Positions 18,629-27,807 of a stretch of 64,000 nt of DNA are shown one piece after another (position 1 is the first letter of the stretch; every line of letters begins with the position of its first letter). The stretch comes from a virus (lineage: Duplodnaviria; Heunggongvirae; Uroviricota; Caudoviricetes; Thumleimavirales; Hafunaviridae), in IMG/VR virus record IMGVR_UViG_638276137_000001, positions 1-64,000 of that record. One strand, 5' to 3'. The position numbers were made by a program, and so were the translations under genes. The notes below the pieces were generated by a model. The model had not been told where the DNA came from and made no database searches. It saw only the letters and a list, made by a program, of their open reading frames with translations.

Positions 18629-19504
18629 ATGGAACTAACTACATTCAAGCTGAAGGCTGTCGGAGTTGTTATGGCGTTCATGCTTCTCACCGCTGGTGCG
18701 GTCGGTGGGATGGCATGGGAGCCGGTGGACGAAGGAAACGTCGCGGTTGTCACCGAGTGGGGTGACGCAACGGGTGAGGTACTTCAGCCCGGTGCGAATT
18801 GGATTACGCCTGTCAAGCACAACACGGTGGAGCTTTCCACCCGACAGCAGGCGTACACCATGACCTCGAACCCCGGAGAGGGAGCTAAAGACTACGCTGA
18901 CCCAATCGTAGTCAAAACCGCTGACGGTGTTGAGGCGACGTTCGACGTGACCGTTCGCTATCAGCTCCCGAACGACCCGGAAGCGGTGACTGACTTCTAC
19001 ACCGACTACCGCACTCTTGAGAACGCTGAGAAGCGGATGATTAGGACGACGCTCGCCAAGCAGATGCTCGTTACGACGGGTAGCATGAAGACGAGCGAGG
19101 TCTACACTTCCGCCGGTCAGACGGAAATCACGATGGATGCTCGGAGCCAGCTTGAGGAGAAGTTCGCTGACACCGGACTCGTTCTGGACTCCGTTCAGAT
19201 TACGAAGGTGAACTTCCCTCAGTCCTACGAGAAGTCCATCACGGAGAAAGAGGTCGCGCAACAGCGAGAACTGAAGGCAGAGGCAGAGGTCGAAGTGGCG
19301 AAGCAGGAAGCTCGTGCCCAAATCGAGAAGGCGCGTGGTGAGGCGAAGTCGAACGAGATTGTCGCTCAGTCCGTTCGTAACAACCCGGAACTCATCCAGA
19401 TTCGCTACATCGAGGCAATCAAGAACTCGGATGGTAAGACAATCTACCTCCCGAGTGACGAAACTCCGACGCTCGTGAAGGAGACGAACTCCGAGGACGA
19501 GTAG
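18629..19504 (+). CDS. SPFH/band-7 (stomatin/prohibitin/HflKC-like) membrane protein
   Basis: ORF 18428..19504 trimmed to ATG 18629 because the upstream part overlaps the tRNA. N-terminal TM helix AVGVVMAFMLLTAGAVGGMAW. SPFH-like core and a C-terminal Ala/Glu/Lys coiled coil (ELKAEAEVEVAKQEARAQIEKARGEAK). Confidence 0.65.
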   Translation: MELTTFKLKAVGVVMAFMLLTAGAVGGMAWEPVDEGNVAVVTEWGDATGEVLQPGANWITPVKHNTVELSTRQQAYTMTSNPGEGAKDYADPIVVKTADGVEATFDVTVRYQLPNDPEAVTDFYTDYRTLENAEKRMIRTTLAKQMLVTTGSMKTSEVYTSAGQTEITMDARSQLEEKFADTGLVLDSVQITKVNFPQSYEKSITEKEVAQQRELKAEAEVEVAKQEARAQIEKARGEAKSNEIVAQSVRNNPELIQIRYIEAIKNSDGKTIYLPSDETPTLVKETNSEDE

Positions 19505-19505
19505 G

Positions 19506-19640
19506 ATGTTCAAAGTCGTCTTCTTGATTCTTCTGTGGCTGTTCCTCGTGACTGTGGTTACGGTGGTCGCGTTCGGTTACTTCAAGCGACAGGCTGAGCT
19601 GAAACACGAGGAGACGATGTACGAGATGAAGAACGAGTAG
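19506..19640 (+). CDS. Small single-TM membrane peptide directly downstream of the SPFH gene
   Basis: 44-aa ATG ORF MFKVVFLILLWLFLVTVVTVVAFGYFKRQAELKHEETMYEMKNE, below the ORF-track cutoff. Confidence 0.35.
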   Translation: MFKVVFLILLWLFLVTVVTVVAFGYFKRQAELKHEETMYEMKNE

Positions 19641-19659
19641 CAGGCTCGTTCTCCTTTTT

Positions 19660-19740
19660 GCGACCAATGGTGGCCCTATGACCATGCCCCTCGACGGGCG
19701 TGGGTAGGGTCAAGGCGTGGTTCGATTCCCGCCGGTCGCT
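19660..19740 (+). ncRNA. tRNA-like element with a canonical T-loop (GGTTCGATTCC) and a 6-bp acceptor-like pairing, but no clean cloverleaf
   Basis: GCGACC...GGTCGC terminal pairing with GGTTCGATTCC between. I could not fold the D and anticodon arms canonically, so it may be a degenerate, intron-containing or partial tRNA. Confidence 0.3.
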
Positions 19741-19822
19741 TCCCCTCCGTCATAGGGGATTGGTAATACGCTACCTTGAGCCGCGCCAGCGGCGGTTATC
19801 TGCTGGAAACCAGAGAGAACTA

Positions 19823-20230
19823 ATGATTCGATACATCCTAAACCGACTGTTCGGCAGTAACGACGACGACCGCGACTACCACGACCTCGGTGGGGCCGAT
19901 GCGGTCTTCAACGCAATCACCGAGCGCACCGACTCCGGGTTCGAGGTTCAAATCGAGCTTGGTGAGCCGAGACTCATCGACCGGGGTGAGCTGACCGAAG
20001 ACCTGTACGTGGTGATTCCGACGTACACCGAGAACGGCCCGAACCCGGCTGACTTGGAGTTCGACCTCCCCGATGGTATCGGGGATGCGAGTGCTGAGTT
20101 CTTCGACCTGCTCGATGCGTTTGGAATCGAAAAGGTGGCCGACGTGTTCGACCTCCGTGGCAAGTCCGTCCCCGGCGAGCGGATGAGTGGTACGGTCGTT
20201 CCGAAGTTCAACGAACTCGTGGAGGAATAG
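19823..20230 (+). CDS. Hypothetical acidic protein
   Basis: ORF 19700..20230 trimmed to ATG 19823 (MIRYILNRLFG) because the upstream part overlaps the tRNA-like element. Confidence 0.45.
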   Translation: MIRYILNRLFGSNDDDRDYHDLGGADAVFNAITERTDSGFEVQIELGEPRLIDRGELTEDLYVVIPTYTENGPNPADLEFDLPDGIGDASAEFFDLLDAFGIEKVADVFDLRGKSVPGERMSGTVVPKFNELVEE

Positions 20231-20358
20231 ATGGACGACGACGACGCTCCCTCCGGTGGGGCCGCCGCTGTCTCCTTCGATGAACCAACCGGCCCGGAAG
20301 TACCGCTCGCTCCAACTGCGGAGCCGAACCACGTCGTGAACCCCATCAACACTCCAGC

Positions 20359-20571
20359 ATGACCGCGTACACTCAGACCTCCGGCGACCTCGAAGCGACT
20401 CTCGAACCCTTCGGCAACGGCGACGAGGTGGACATCATCTCTCTCGAATATCCCGTCTCGTTGAGCGATTCTGCTCTGCTGGACTCTCTCACTTCTCTCG
20501 CTGACGACGTTCGAGCGGATGGCCTCTCTATCAAGAATCTCTCTACGTGGGTCAACCGCTTCGATAAGTAA
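20359..20571 (+). CDS. Hypothetical acidic protein
   Basis: 70-aa ATG ORF. Confidence 0.4.
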   Translation: MTAYTQTSGDLEATLEPFGNGDEVDIISLEYPVSLSDSALLDSLTSLADDVRADGLSIKNLSTWVNRFDK

Positions 20572-20650
20572 TGTCTTCTACTTCTATCTCTCCCGGCGGT
20601 GGTTCTCCACTTGCTACTAACTTCATCGAGCGAGGTATCCCTCCCGATGC

Positions 20651-20708
20651 CTTCTAAGAATCAAATAGGTATCTTTAAGTCTTAGTCCCACGTCTAATAG
20701 AGTGAGGA
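20651..20708 (+). promoter_or_regulatory. Composite conserved element, copy c, upstream of tRNA-Asn
   Basis: aagaatcaaataggtatctttaagtcttagtcccacgtctaatagagtgagg. Confidence 0.5.
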
Positions 20709-20735
20709 CAAGCGCCCAAATCCCCTCTTTCTCTT

Positions 20736-20808
20736 GCCGAGGTAGCTCAGTTGGTAGAGCGCCTGACTGTTAATCAGGTAGTCGAAGGTTCGAGTCCTTC
20801 CCTCGGCG
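20736..20808 (+). tRNA. tRNA-Asn (anticodon GTT)
   Basis: Perfect cloverleaf. Acceptor GCCGAGG/CCTCGGC. D-arm GCTC-AGTTGGTA-GAGC. Anticodon arm CCTGA-CTGTTAA-TCAGG. T-arm GAAGG-TTCGAGT-CCTTC. Confidence 0.85.
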
Positions 20809-20827
20809 TCGGGTATCTTCCCTTAAT

Positions 20828-20897
20828 CTGGACGTGTTCAAGGAGAACAGCTCGGCTGTAAACCGAGTGTAGGGCGGTTCGATTCCGCCCGTCCAGA
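20828..20897 (+). tRNA. tRNA-Tyr-like (anticodon GTA) with a shortened D-arm
   Basis: Acceptor CTGGACG/CGTCCAG is perfect. Anticodon arm CTCGG-CTGTAAA-CCGAG. T-arm GGCGG-TTCGATT-CCGCC. The D region is only about 14 nt (GTTC-AAGGA-GAAC), so it may be a pseudo or virus-type tRNA. Confidence 0.45.
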
Positions 20898-20978
20898 CTT
20901 TCCTACGGCGCAAATACCTATGCCGTAGCTGGCTTCGCACCGAATGACAAACAGAACCAGAGAAACCTACTTCAACAA

Positions 20979-21941
20979 ATGAGCCTTTTCGACACCGACT
21001 ACAACAGCGGCGGTAGCAACAACAACAGCGGCGCGAGCGGCGACTTCGAGGAGCGCATCTCCCTGAAGATGAACAACTACGCCTTCATCTCGTTCAAGAT
21101 TGGCCGTCTCGGTGAATACACCGGGTCGTCCTACGGGCAGTCCCTCATCGTGGACGCTGACGACGTGGAGGTAATCGACGGAATCGTGATGGAGCGGTCG
21201 CCCGGCGACGAGTCGGATGATACGGTCAAGGTCTTCGGTTGGGATACGTGGTTCGCCACCGACGACAACGGCGCTCCGACCGAAGACGTGGGGGTTGACG
21301 AAGTTCCCTCCCGTCACAACGAGCAGTTCGGTAGCAACAACTTCACGTACAAGCTTCAGGAGGCTGTCCGTGAGGGCGACGACCCGGTGAGCCTCGGCAA
21401 CTGTACGCTGTGGCTCTCGAACGGGACGAAGAACCGCACCTTCGCCAAGGTCATCACTCCCGCCGGTCACGACGTGGTGGACGACAAGGACGACAACTAC
21501 AACTGGCTGAACGAGGACGCTCTCGAACTCCGTGACGACCTCGAAGGCCGCCGTGTCATCCTCTCCTACTACAAGGACGGCTTCCTGCCCGACGACGCGG
21601 AGAGCGAAGACGACTACGTGGAATACACGGACGCGAAGGTTCTCGATGCTGAGACGTTCGCCGGTATCACTATCGCCAACTCGGGCGGCGACGACGACGG
21701 TGACTCCGACGATTCCTCGGGCGGTTCCAGCGGCTCCAGCGGCTCGCTCGGTGGCGACTCCGGCGGTGACGACGAGGGGCTTCCCGAGGGTGTCCCGCAG
21801 GCCGCCGACCAGATTATCGACTTCATGGCGAACACGGGTGAGACGAACCCGGAGAACGTCGAACAGCTCGTCGCTGGTGAAGTCGGTGACGCCGAGTACG
21901 ACCTCGATGCGGTGATTGCCGAGATTGAGAACCGGATGTAG
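20979..21941 (+). CDS. Abundant-looking acidic protein with a Gly/Ser/Asp-rich linker; function unknown (SSB-like is only a guess)
   Basis: 320-aa ORF immediately downstream of the tRNA cluster. The C-terminal region GGDSGGDDEGLPEGV resembles the linker in the 1970..2875 product. Confidence 0.5.
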   Translation: MSLFDTDYNSGGSNNNSGASGDFEERISLKMNNYAFISFKIGRLGEYTGSSYGQSLIVDADDVEVIDGIVMERSPGDESDDTVKVFGWDTWFATDDNGAPTEDVGVDEVPSRHNEQFGSNNFTYKLQEAVREGDDPVSLGNCTLWLSNGTKNRTFAKVITPAGHDVVDDKDDNYNWLNEDALELRDDLEGRRVILSYYKDGFLPDDAESEDDYVEYTDAKVLDAETFAGITIANSGGDDDGDSDDSSGGSSGSSGSLGGDSGGDDEGLPEGVPQAADQIIDFMANTGETNPENVEQLVAGEVGDAEYDLDAVIAEIENRM

Positions 21942-21991
21942 GCTCTCTACCTCGGTGTAAAGACTCGAAACCACGCTGTTAATTCATAAAA

Positions 21992-22243
21992 ATGGACAAG
22001 GAAGACGCCAAGCAATACGTTACTGAGGTACAGGTCGGTTCGGATAAGAAGAAACAACTCGGTCAGTACGAGCCAGCTACGGCCCACACGTTCCTGACCG
22101 CTGAGATTCCCCACGACGAGAACGGCGACCCCGTTGACGACCCGGAGGAAGTCATCGAGGAGCTGGAAGAACTTGCGTGGGAATCCACGGAGAGGAGCAT
22201 CATGGGGCGGTGGGAGAAGCACGTCCGAAAGTCGGACGAGTAG
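21992..22243 (+). CDS. Hypothetical acidic protein
   Basis: 83-aa ORF preceded by gtaaagactcgaaacc...aaaaATG. Confidence 0.45.
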   Translation: MDKEDAKQYVTEVQVGSDKKKQLGQYEPATAHTFLTAEIPHDENGDPVDDPEEVIEELEELAWESTERSIMGRWEKHVRKSDE

Positions 22244-22320
22244 GCTCTGTTCTCCCGCTCGATGAAGTAGTATAGTTCCGAGCATAGGCCATGAAATAGG
22301 TTCCTGAAATTTCGCTCGCA

Positions 22321-23814
22321 ATGAACATACCCGTTCTCAACCAGATGGAAGATACCTACATTCCGAACCTGTACGACCTGACGCTAATGAAAGAGGACTT
22401 CGGCCTGATGGGGGAAGAAGACACCCTCCAGACCGTGTTCCTCTCGTGGTTCAACGGAGGGTTCGTCGCTATGACCGGCCTCTCACGAGGTGGCAAGGAC
22501 ATGGTGGTGGACGCGGCTGACTACTGTACGATGGGGGACTTCGTGTTCAAGGTTCCCGATTCGACCAGTAAGACCGACCTCTACATGAAAGAAGACCAGA
22601 TGAACTCGGCTCGTGTCCACCGTTACCCGGACATTGCGACCCTTCAAGACAAACAGCACTTGGAGGAGATTATGAAGCGGCACGGCGAGGGTAAGTCGGC
22701 TACTCACTCCCGCGCTCTCGGTACGAGCGGTCAAACCGAGTCGTTCGAGCTGAAGCCGCCGGACGCCTTCGTTCTGTTCGTCGCTTCTGACAACCAGCAG
22801 GTTGACCTGAACGACTACCCGGAGCTTCGGAACCGCGCTCTCGTTGTGAGCATCGACGCTTCCGAGGAGCTGACGAAGGAGGTCAACGAGCGGCAGGCCC
22901 GGCAGGAAGCGGGACTCGTCGAGTATAACTTCACCGAGGATGAGCGTGACGAGATTCGCCGGTACGTCTCCGGCATCCCCGTCAAGATGTTCTCGTCCGA
23001 CGACGGCCCGAACGGTGGGACGTTGAATCCGGTGTCGGTTGCGCTGAACAACCAGAACCCGCTCCCTCAGCACTTCACGGAGGCCCGGCAGGACTTCCCG
23101 CGACTGTTGGACTTCTGCCGGTCGGTGGCGCTGTTCCACTACAAAGACCGCATGACGCCCGCTCTCCCCGACCGAGCGGAGACGGCGACTCTCCTAATCA
23201 CTCCCGCCGACGTTTGGTACGCCATGCGTATCTTCGGTGAGCAGATGATTCTCTCGGCGCTCAATCTCCGCGAGATTGACTTCGAGATGCTTTCGATGCT
23301 TCGGGATAGCAACAGCGGCTACTCGAAGGCCGAGATTCAGATGGAGATGCGCGACCGTGGTTTCAACATCACGAACCGCGACGTTCACTCGGCGCTGAAC
23401 AATATGCTCACGAAGGGCTACGTTCGCAAAGACCAGAACGAGAACCCCGTGATGTGGAAGGCATCCGAGTTCGCGGCTCAGGCAAAGCGTGACGTAGCTC
23501 TCAACTGGGAGGAAATCGTGGAGGACACGAAGCAGACCGCTCGGCAGGCACTCCCCGACGATATTGCGGAGGACTACATCGAGCGGTATTGCGAGGGCGA
23601 CGGCCTGTTCGTGACCCATCCCTTCACCGGGGAGAAACTGAACATCACGAAATACAACATCCTCGAAGAAAAGGTCGAAGAAGCGACCGAGGCCGAGGAA
23701 GACGTGTTCTCCCAAGACCTCTACGGTGGTGACTCCGACGACTCGGACAGCTCTGACGACGCCGGAGACGATGCCGACGCTCAGCAGTCGTTCGCTGGCG
23801 GAACGCTCGGATGA
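22321..23814 (+). CDS. Putative replication-associated protein with a P-loop-like motif and a winged-helix domain
   Basis: GLSRGGKD (GxxxxGKD) near the N-terminus. wHTH-like segment GYSKAEIQMEMRDRGFNITNRDVHSALNNMLTKGYVRK. It lies directly upstream of the primase. Confidence 0.45.
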   Translation: MNIPVLNQMEDTYIPNLYDLTLMKEDFGLMGEEDTLQTVFLSWFNGGFVAMTGLSRGGKDMVVDAADYCTMGDFVFKVPDSTSKTDLYMKEDQMNSARVHRYPDIATLQDKQHLEEIMKRHGEGKSATHSRALGTSGQTESFELKPPDAFVLFVASDNQQVDLNDYPELRNRALVVSIDASEELTKEVNERQARQEAGLVEYNFTEDERDEIRRYVSGIPVKMFSSDDGPNGGTLNPVSVALNNQNPLPQHFTEARQDFPRLLDFCRSVALFHYKDRMTPALPDRAETATLLITPADVWYAMRIFGEQMILSALNLREIDFEMLSMLRDSNSGYSKAEIQMEMRDRGFNITNRDVHSALNNMLTKGYVRKDQNENPVMWKASEFAAQAKRDVALNWEEIVEDTKQTARQALPDDIAEDYIERYCEGDGLFVTHPFTGEKLNITKYNILEEKVEEATEAEEDVFSQDLYGGDSDDSDSSDDAGDDADAQQSFAGGTLG

Positions 23815-23856
23815 ACGAGCTTCACCGAGAGGTGCGAAGAATGACCACTCAAACAA

Positions 23857-25092
23857 ATGGGAAATCACGAGAAGCTTCTATGGGAAGCGAGTAAAGTATG
23901 GTGTCCCGACGTGGGGCCGGACGCTCCACGGAGGGCAAGCACCCGGTTTAGGATACAAGAGCCGGTGAACAATCGAGTAGAACTGGTAAGCAATCTTCTG
24001 GAAGCCGGTAACTCGGGGAAAGATGGGTTCGTATCAACCTACTCCTTCCCTCGGGGCCACACGGACGACGGGGACAACATCCCGAAGATAGACACTATCT
24101 TCATCGACTTCGACGTTCCCGCTGACTCCGAGTACCGCGAACGGAACCGAACCCTCGATGCGTGGAAACGCTCGATGAGTGACCTTCTGATTCGCGTCCA
24201 GCTTGTCGCTGAGGCGATTATCTCAGGCGGCAAGCAGGAGCATTGGCGAGCTTCCCTGTCCGGCCACAAGGGAATCCACCTGTTCTTCGACTTTGAGCCG
24301 GTGGACGTAGCCAACGGTTCGTACACGCAATTCAAGCGTGGACTCGAAAAGTACGGCGACCAGATGATAGCTCAACTGGACGAAATCGCAGGCGGAATCA
24401 ACATCGACCCGTGGGTTGACGTTGACTCGTCCGACCTCGCTCGTCTCGTCCGGCATCCGAATACGCCACATCCCGGCGCTGAACACCGGGAGGAAACGAG
24501 TTGGTGTGTCCCGGTGAGCATCGAGGAGCTGGTGGACTTGACACCAGACAAATACCTCGAATTGACCAGCGGCCCGCGACCTGTTCCTATCAAGGAGCGG
24601 TCGTCCTCGGCGGCAGGACGCCGGGAGGTCGCCCTCGAAGTACGGAACGCCAGCGGTGGCGAATATCATAGCGAGCGCCGTGGTTCGGTGAAAGACCCGA
24701 AGGCGGTGAAACGCTACAAGGAGGAATCGAACGACCGAATCAAGGTAAGCGACATTCCGCTTCTCGTTGCTAACAAGCCGTGTATCATGGAGTTCGTCAA
24801 ACGCAACGACTCCTACGGTTACGGCTCCGAGAGTCGCATTATGGAAATTAATGTGATGAAGGAGCTGATTCAGAAGAAGGTTCCAATCGACTCGATTGTA
24901 AACTTCTTCCGTCCCATCGAGGGGTTCAGCGAGGGAACGACGCGCTCTCTGGTTGAAGACCTAATCTCCCGCTACGAAGGCCCGTTCGTTTGTCAGAACG
25001 TATGGGACGCTGGTGGTGAGTTTTGCGTCGGAATGAACGACCACTCGGACGAATCCTGCCGAATCTACGAAAACGAATACGTTACTAAATGA
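23857..25092 (+). CDS. Archaeo-eukaryotic primase (AEP/PrimPol-like) domain protein
   Basis: AEP motifs I FIDFDV (DxD), II SGHKGIHLFF (sGxxGxHxxF) and III ARLVRHPNTPH (hRhxGxxH). Confidence 0.6.
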   Translation: MGNHEKLLWEASKVWCPDVGPDAPRRASTRFRIQEPVNNRVELVSNLLEAGNSGKDGFVSTYSFPRGHTDDGDNIPKIDTIFIDFDVPADSEYRERNRTLDAWKRSMSDLLIRVQLVAEAIISGGKQEHWRASLSGHKGIHLFFDFEPVDVANGSYTQFKRGLEKYGDQMIAQLDEIAGGINIDPWVDVDSSDLARLVRHPNTPHPGAEHREETSWCVPVSIEELVDLTPDKYLELTSGPRPVPIKERSSSAAGRREVALEVRNASGGEYHSERRGSVKDPKAVKRYKEESNDRIKVSDIPLLVANKPCIMEFVKRNDSYGYGSESRIMEINVMKELIQKKVPIDSIVNFFRPIEGFSEGTTRSLVEDLISRYEGPFVCQNVWDAGGEFCVGMNDHSDESCRIYENEYVTK

Positions 25093-26270
25093 GTTACCAA
25101 CAGAACCTCACCCCGACAGAACTGGACATTATCGACTACTTCCCCGCGACCTACGCCGCCCTCTCTGACGAGTTTGGATTCTCTGAGTCCACGGCTCGTG
25201 ACCACATCAGCAGTATCGAGCGCAAGGGCGCTCCCCTTGCGAAAAGACGCATCGACGGGGGCAAGGTCGAAGCGTATATGCGGGACGTGGAGAAGGAACA
25301 CCCGACGAACCAGAATGAGACTCGGGAGTACGGTTCGACCACGAAAGCGACGAAGACGAAGCGGCTGAACAAGACCGCTGGTTCTCTCTCGCGGCGTCTC
25401 GATAAGGTGCTGAACAACACGGAACCCGCTATCAGCGCCGTCCCGCTCTCCGAGGGCGGCGAAGAAGACGTGGTGATTCACGTCACGGACGACCATATCG
25501 GAGACGTTCTCGAAAACGAGTTCGGGAACGAGGTCTTCAACACCGAAATCGCTCTTGAGCGGATTCGTTACCGGACGCAGAAGACCCTCGAACTAATCGA
25601 GCGACAGCGGAAGGCCGGGTGGGACTTCCACACGGTTCACTACGTCATGGGCGGTGACATTATCACCGGCTCCGGTATCTACCGAGGTCAGGCGTGGGAA
25701 GTTGAGCTGAACTTCAACGAGCAGGTAGACCTCGCGGCTCAGGTTCACTTCGAGCAGATTCGGACGCTCGCAGAGAACTTCGACGCCGTTCAAGTGGTGT
25801 GTCAGACCGGCAACCACGGAGAGATTCGGATTAACGGTTCGAGTCAGAAAGCGAACGGTGACGACATTGTGTACCGGATGCTCGATGCGGTTGTCCGGGC
25901 GTCTGAGTACGAGAACATCACCTTCATCCGTAACGACCGGACGGGCTTCACGAACTTCGAGATTCGTGGACACAAGGCCCACATCCGGCACGGTCAGAAC
26001 GCGGCAGAACACATCGGAACTTCTGCGGCCAAGCGGGACTGGAGAGGATGGCTTCTCCAGCACGACTTCGACATTGCCTACGCCGGGCACTACCACACGC
26101 AGGGAGTTGACCGGGTGATGAACGTTCCCGTGATTCGCTCGGGTTCCATCAAGCCGCCGGGTGACTTCGAGGAGTCTATCGCTGAGTGGTCGATGCCCGG
26201 AGCGACGATTCACGGAGTCTCTGACAGTCTCCCGCTGACGTGGCTCTACGACGTTCAGTATCAGCCGTAA
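25089..26270 (+). CDS. HTH domain fused to a calcineurin-like metallophosphoesterase (Mre11/SbcD-type motifs)
   Basis: N-terminal HTH-like ELDIIDYFPATYAALSDEFGFSESTARDHISSIE. Phosphoesterase motifs VIHVTDDHIGD (DxH...GD), GGDIITG, GNHGE and AGHYH. Confidence 0.6.
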   Translation: MSYQQNLTPTELDIIDYFPATYAALSDEFGFSESTARDHISSIERKGAPLAKRRIDGGKVEAYMRDVEKEHPTNQNETREYGSTTKATKTKRLNKTAGSLSRRLDKVLNNTEPAISAVPLSEGGEEDVVIHVTDDHIGDVLENEFGNEVFNTEIALERIRYRTQKTLELIERQRKAGWDFHTVHYVMGGDIITGSGIYRGQAWEVELNFNEQVDLAAQVHFEQIRTLAENFDAVQVVCQTGNHGEIRINGSSQKANGDDIVYRMLDAVVRASEYENITFIRNDRTGFTNFEIRGHKAHIRHGQNAAEHIGTSAAKRDWRGWLLQHDFDIAYAGHYHTQGVDRVMNVPVIRSGSIKPPGDFEESIAEWSMPGATIHGVSDSLPLTWLYDVQYQP

Positions 26271-26358
26271 AGACTCATCGAGATAGCTCCGACTCTTATC
26301 TTAAGAGTTATGTACCGCTCTCCGATTCTTTAGCAGTACGCAACCAGCAGGACACCAA

Positions 26359-26784
26359 ATGGAAAACAAAGACGAGTTCTTCGGCACGCCGAGAGCAGAC
26401 ACGACGACCATCGAAAGCGGAGAGGGAATCCACAACTACTGGGCGCTCCACAAGTTCGCGCTTGAAACCGAGTACGACTGGATGCCGACCCACCTCCGCC
26501 GCTACCACCCCGGACGGATGATTGACGGCGAGCTGATGGAGGGCTACTACGACGAGTTCATTCCCGTCGCTCACGACGCGCCGAGAGGTCGCGTTCTCAA
26601 GAAGAAGGTCAAGGAGGAAACCATCGTCTGCCCGGACTGCGAAGTAGCCGCTCGCAAGATAGACACCGGAGAGCCGGTCTGTCCCGAGTGCGGTCTTATC
26701 TGCGACGAGGGACGACCGACCTACGAGATAGTGAACGACCCGAAGGCGGCGGGTCGAGTTGACGCCAAGAAGGGAGGAGTATAA
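26359..26784 (+). CDS. Zinc-ribbon protein (CPDC...CPEC)
   Basis: 141-aa ATG ORF. Confidence 0.5.
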   Translation: MENKDEFFGTPRADTTTIESGEGIHNYWALHKFALETEYDWMPTHLRRYHPGRMIDGELMEGYYDEFIPVAHDAPRGRVLKKKVKEETIVCPDCEVAARKIDTGEPVCPECGLICDEGRPTYEIVNDPKAAGRVDAKKGGV

Positions 26785-27134
26785 TGGAAGTTACAGAACC
26801 TACTGAGAAGAACGACGAGCTGAAGCGCCTGATGAACGAGACGACCGTGGATATTGGTGGGGAAGACGAGACGCTTGCCGACCTCGTGGGCGACATTAAA
26901 ACGGCTCACCAAGAGCTTGACGCCTACAAGTCGGGGGCACTCAAGCTGAGTAACGCCCTCGATGAGCGGATAATGATGGCGAAGGGCGACGAGGATGAAC
27001 AGCTCATCGAGATTCTGGAAGGACTCAAGGAGTCTTCTTTCGGCGTCTACCTGAGACTTCAGCGCGGCGACCTCGAACTTCTCGGAGAACGCGACGGCAA
27101 GCACTCCGGCTACTTCGCACCGGACGACGAGTAA
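26784..27134 (+). CDS. Hypothetical coiled-coil protein
   Basis: 116-aa ORF with ATGG overlap. Confidence 0.45.
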   Translation: MEVTEPTEKNDELKRLMNETTVDIGGEDETLADLVGDIKTAHQELDAYKSGALKLSNALDERIMMAKGDEDEQLIEILEGLKESSFGVYLRLQRGDLELLGERDGKHSGYFAPDDE

Positions 27135-27152
27135 CTGCGCCCTCCACCACTA

Positions 27153-27539
27153 ATGATGAGTTTTGGAACAGACGGAATCAGCCACAACATCCATCTCGCT
27201 CAGGTTGACGACGACGGCAACCTCACGAACTTCCAAGAGTACGAGAACGTAGTCGATGTGATGAACCTCCCTGATGGGACGGTGAAGTTCTACTACGAAA
27301 ACGGACTCAAGCAGATTCAGGGCGGTCGAATCGTCCGGTCGCAAGTTCGTGGTATCGAGGATGCGTTCCGGTATCGTTGTTCGGAGTGCGGTGACTTCGA
27401 GACGGACGTAATCAGCCAGCGAGATAGGGGTGAGCAAACCGAGATGATGTGTCCGGTTTGCGAGGAAGTGACCGACCACGCTCGAATGGACGTGGACGAA
27501 ATCAAATACGACCGAGTACGACATGGACGAAGTGAATAG
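27153..27539 (+). CDS. Zinc-ribbon protein (CSECGDF...CPVCEE)
   Basis: 128-aa ORF. Confidence 0.45.
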   Translation: MMSFGTDGISHNIHLAQVDDDGNLTNFQEYENVVDVMNLPDGTVKFYYENGLKQIQGGRIVRSQVRGIEDAFRYRCSECGDFETDVISQRDRGEQTEMMCPVCEEVTDHARMDVDEIKYDRVRHGRSE

Positions 27540-27807
27540 CGGGAGACTGATGGAAGAAGCGCAGGAAATCATCGAGGGGCGTTCTGAAACTCATGGCGCT
27601 CCCGAAGATTCCTTCCAACGAATCGCTCACTACTGGAACGCCTATTTCCTGAACTCGGGTTTTTCAGACCCCAACATTCGGCCCGCTGACGTGGCTGAAA
27701 TGATGGCGCTGTTCAAACTGGCCCGAGCGCAGGGCGGTGACTACAACGAGGACGATTACCGTGACCGACTCGGCTACGTCAACCTCGCAAGCAACTTGCG
27801 ACGATGA
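27523..27807 (+). CDS. Hypothetical protein
   Basis: 94-aa ATG ORF. Confidence 0.4.
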   Translation: MDEVNSGRLMEEAQEIIEGRSETHGAPEDSFQRIAHYWNAYFLNSGFSDPNIRPADVAEMMALFKLARAQGGDYNEDDYRDRLGYVNLASNLRR

